From positions 12,338,001 through 12,402,000 of the forward strand of contig NC_091289.1 of the NCBI RefSeq assembly GCF_032444005.1: 64,000 bases of DNA, written 5' to 3'. Every line of letters starts with the position of its first letter. Position 1 is the stretch's first letter. Under the pieces are notes generated by a model. That model did not search any database and had not been told where the DNA came from. It was given only the letters and a program-made list of their open reading frames with translations. This DNA is from Ranitomeya imitator (lineage: Eukaryota). The translations under genes and the position numbers were made by a program. Below are positions 61,001 to 64,000 of the stretch, piece after piece.

Positions 61001-64000
61001 CAGTATTATAGTAGTTATATTCTTGTACATAGGGGACAGTATTATAGTAGTTATATTCTTGTACATAGGAGGCAGTATTATAGTAGTTATATTCTTGTAC
61101 ATAGGGGACAGTATTATAGTAGTTATATTCTTGTACATAGGAGGAAGTATTATAGTAGTTATATTCTTGTACATAGGGGACAGTATTATTGTAGTTATAT
61201 TCTTGTACATAGGGGGCAGTATTATAGTAGTTATATTTTTGTACATAGAGGCAGTATTATAGTAGTTATATTCTTGTACATAGGAGCAGTATTATAGTAG
61301 TTATATTCCTGTACATAAGAGCAGTATTATTGTAGTTATATTCCTGTACATAGGAGCAGTATAATAGTGGTTATATTCTTGCACATAGGAGCAGAATAAT
61401 AGTAGTTATATTTTCGTACATAGGGAGCAGTATTATAGTAATTATATTCTTGTACATAGCGGCAGTATTATAGTAGTTATATTCTTGTACATAGGAGCAG
61501 TATTATAGTAGTTATATTCTTGTACATAGGGGGCAGTATTATAGTAGTTATATTCTTGTACATAGAGGCAGTATTATAGTAGTTATATTCCTGTACATAG
61601 GGGCAGTATTATAGTAGTTATATTCTTGTACATAGGGGCAGTATTATAGTAGTTATATTCTTGTACATAGAGGCAGTATTATAGTAGTTATATTCTTGTA
61701 CATAGGAGCAGTATTATAGTAGTTATATTCTTGTACATAGGAGCAGTATTATAGTAGCTATATTCCTGTACATAGGAGACAGTATTATAGTAGTTATATT
61801 CTTGTACATGGGGGCAGTATTATAGTAGTTATATTCTTGTACATAGGGGCAGTATTATAGTAGTTATATTCCTGTACATAGGAGCAGTATTATAGTAGTT
61901 ATATTCTTGTACATAGGAGCAGTATTATAGTAGCTATATTCCTGTACATAGGAGACAGTATTATAGTAGTTATATTCTTGTACATGGGGGCAGTATTATA
62001 GTAGTTATATTCTTGTACATAGGAGGAGTATTATAGTAGTTATATTCTTGTACATAGGGGCAGTATTATAGTAGTTATATTCCTGTACATAGGGGCAGTA
62101 TTATAGTAGTTATATTCTTGTACATGGGGGCAGTATTATAGTAGTTATATTCTTGTACATAGGAGCAGTATTATAGTAGTTATATTCTTGTACATAGGAG
62201 CAGTATTATAGTAGTTATATTCTTGTACATAGGAGCAGTATTATAGTAGCTATATTCCTGTACATAGGAGACAGTATTATAGTAGTTATATTCTTGTACA
62301 TGGGGGCAGTATTATAGTAGTTATATTCTTGTACATAGGAGCAGTATTATAGTAGTTATATTCTTGTTCATAGGAGACAGTATTATAGTAGTTATATTCT
62401 TGTACATGGGGGCAGTATTATAGTAGTAATATTCTTGTACATAGGAGACAGTATTATAGTAGTTATATTCTTGTTCATAGGGGCAGTATTATAGTAGTTA
62501 TATTCCTGTACATAGGGGCAGTATTATAGTAGTTATATTCTTGTACATGGGGGCAGTATTATAGTAGTTATATTCTTGTACATAGGGGCAGTATTATAGT
62601 AGTTATATTCCTGTACATAGGGGCAGTATTATAGTAGTTATATTCCTGTACATAGGAGCAGTATTATAGTAGTTATATTCTTGTACATAGGAACAGTATT
62701 ATAGTAGTTATATTCTTGTACATAGGAACAGTATTATAGTAGTTATATTCTTGTACATAGGAGCAGTATTATAGTAGTTATATTCTTGTACATAGGAGCA
62801 GTATTATAGTAGCTATATTCCTGTACATAGGAGACAGTATTATAGTAGTTATATTCTTGTACATGGGGGCAGTATTATAGTAGTTATATTCTTGTACATA
62901 GGAACAGTATTATAGTAGTTATATTCTTGTACATAGGGGCAGTATTATAGTAGTTATATTCTTGTACATAGGAGCAGTATTATAGTAGTTATATTCTTGT
63001 ACATAGGAGCAGTATTATAGTAGCTATATTCCTGTACATAGGAGACAGTATTATAGTAGTTATATTCTTGTACATGGGGGCAGTATTATAGTAGTTATAT
63101 TCTTGTACATAGGAGCAGTATTATAGTAGTTATATTCTTGTACATAGGAGCAGTATTATAGTAGTTATATTCTTGTACATAGGGGCAGTATTATAGTAGT
63201 TATATTCCTGTACATAGGGGCAGTATTATAGTAGTTATATTCTTGTACATGGGGGCAGTATTATAGTAGTTATATTCTTGTACATAGGAGCAGTATTATA
63301 GTAGTTATATTCTTGTACATAGGAGCAGTATTATAGTAGTTATATTCTTGTACATAGGAGCAGTATTATAGTAGCTATATTCCTGTACATAGGAGACAGT
63401 ATTATAGTAGTTATATTCTTGTACATGGGGGCAGTATTATAGTAGTTATATTCTTGTACATAGGAGCAGTATTATAGTAGTTATATTCTTGTACATAGGG
63501 GCAGTATTATAGTAGTTATATTCCTGTACATAGGGGCAGTATTATAGTAGTTATATTCTTGTACATGGGGGCAGTATTATAGTAGTTATATTCTTGTACA
63601 TAGGAGCAGTATTATAGTAGTTATATTCTTGTACATAGGAGCAGTATTATAGTAGTTATATTCTTGTACATAGGAGCAGTATTATAGTAGCTATATTCCT
63701 GTACATAGGAGACAGTATTATAGTAGTTATATTCTTGTACATGGGGGCAGTATTATAGTAGTTATATTCTTGTACATAGGAGCAGTATTATAGTAGTTAT
63801 ATTCTTGTTCATAGGGGCAGTATTATAGTAGTTATATTCCTGTACATGGGGGCAGTATTATAGTAGTTATATTCTTGTACATGGGGGCAGTATTATAGTA
63901 GTTATATTCTTGTACATAGGGGCAGTATTATAGTAGTTATATTCCTGTACATAGGGGCAGTATTATAGTAGTTATATTCCTGTACATAGGAGCAGTATTA
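55025..64000. repeat. 35-bp satellite, about 255 copies, runs off the right edge
   Basis: Same unit; higher-order duplicated blocks carry shared variants (e.g. near 56860, 58870 and 60820). Confidence 0.98.

Noticed and set aside
46798-64000. CRISPR-like appearance of regular 27-36-bp repeats
   Set aside because: The units are head-to-tail with no unique spacers, there are no cas genes, and the context is a eukaryotic intron-exon locus.

Overview
Vertebrate genomic DNA, almost certainly a frog (inferred from the Xenopus-like MCM2 protein and anuran-type MITE and satellite families). It holds three spliced genes in the order known from human 3q21.3. TPRA1 is on the minus strand (8 coding exons visible, 3' end beyond the left edge). 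MCM2 is on the plus strand, head-to-head with TPRA1 (16 exons, complete, 887 aa by my exon join). PODXL2/endoglycan is on the plus strand (8 exons, 506 aa by my join). More than half of the window is tandem repeat, from about 14 unrelated minisatellite families mostly with 27-36 bp units, and all the long repetitive ORFs in the ORF track come from these. Highlights: (1) an 8.4-kb non-autonomous Helitron with exact TC...hairpin-CTAG ends, inserted between A and T of a 35-bp satellite and filled with a 27-bp array; (2) a 4.7-kb array of a 30-bp SP/KLF-motif unit between the TPRA1 and MCM2 promoters; (3) a 32-bp tandem array of consensus CTCF motifs in MCM2 intron 13; (4) a minisatellite built from the start codon and first codons of a dead Tc1 transposase; (5) a degenerate hammerhead-ribozyme-like motif. 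All exon boundaries were derived by hand from GT/AG sites, frame continuity and remembered orthologue sequences; no database search was run.
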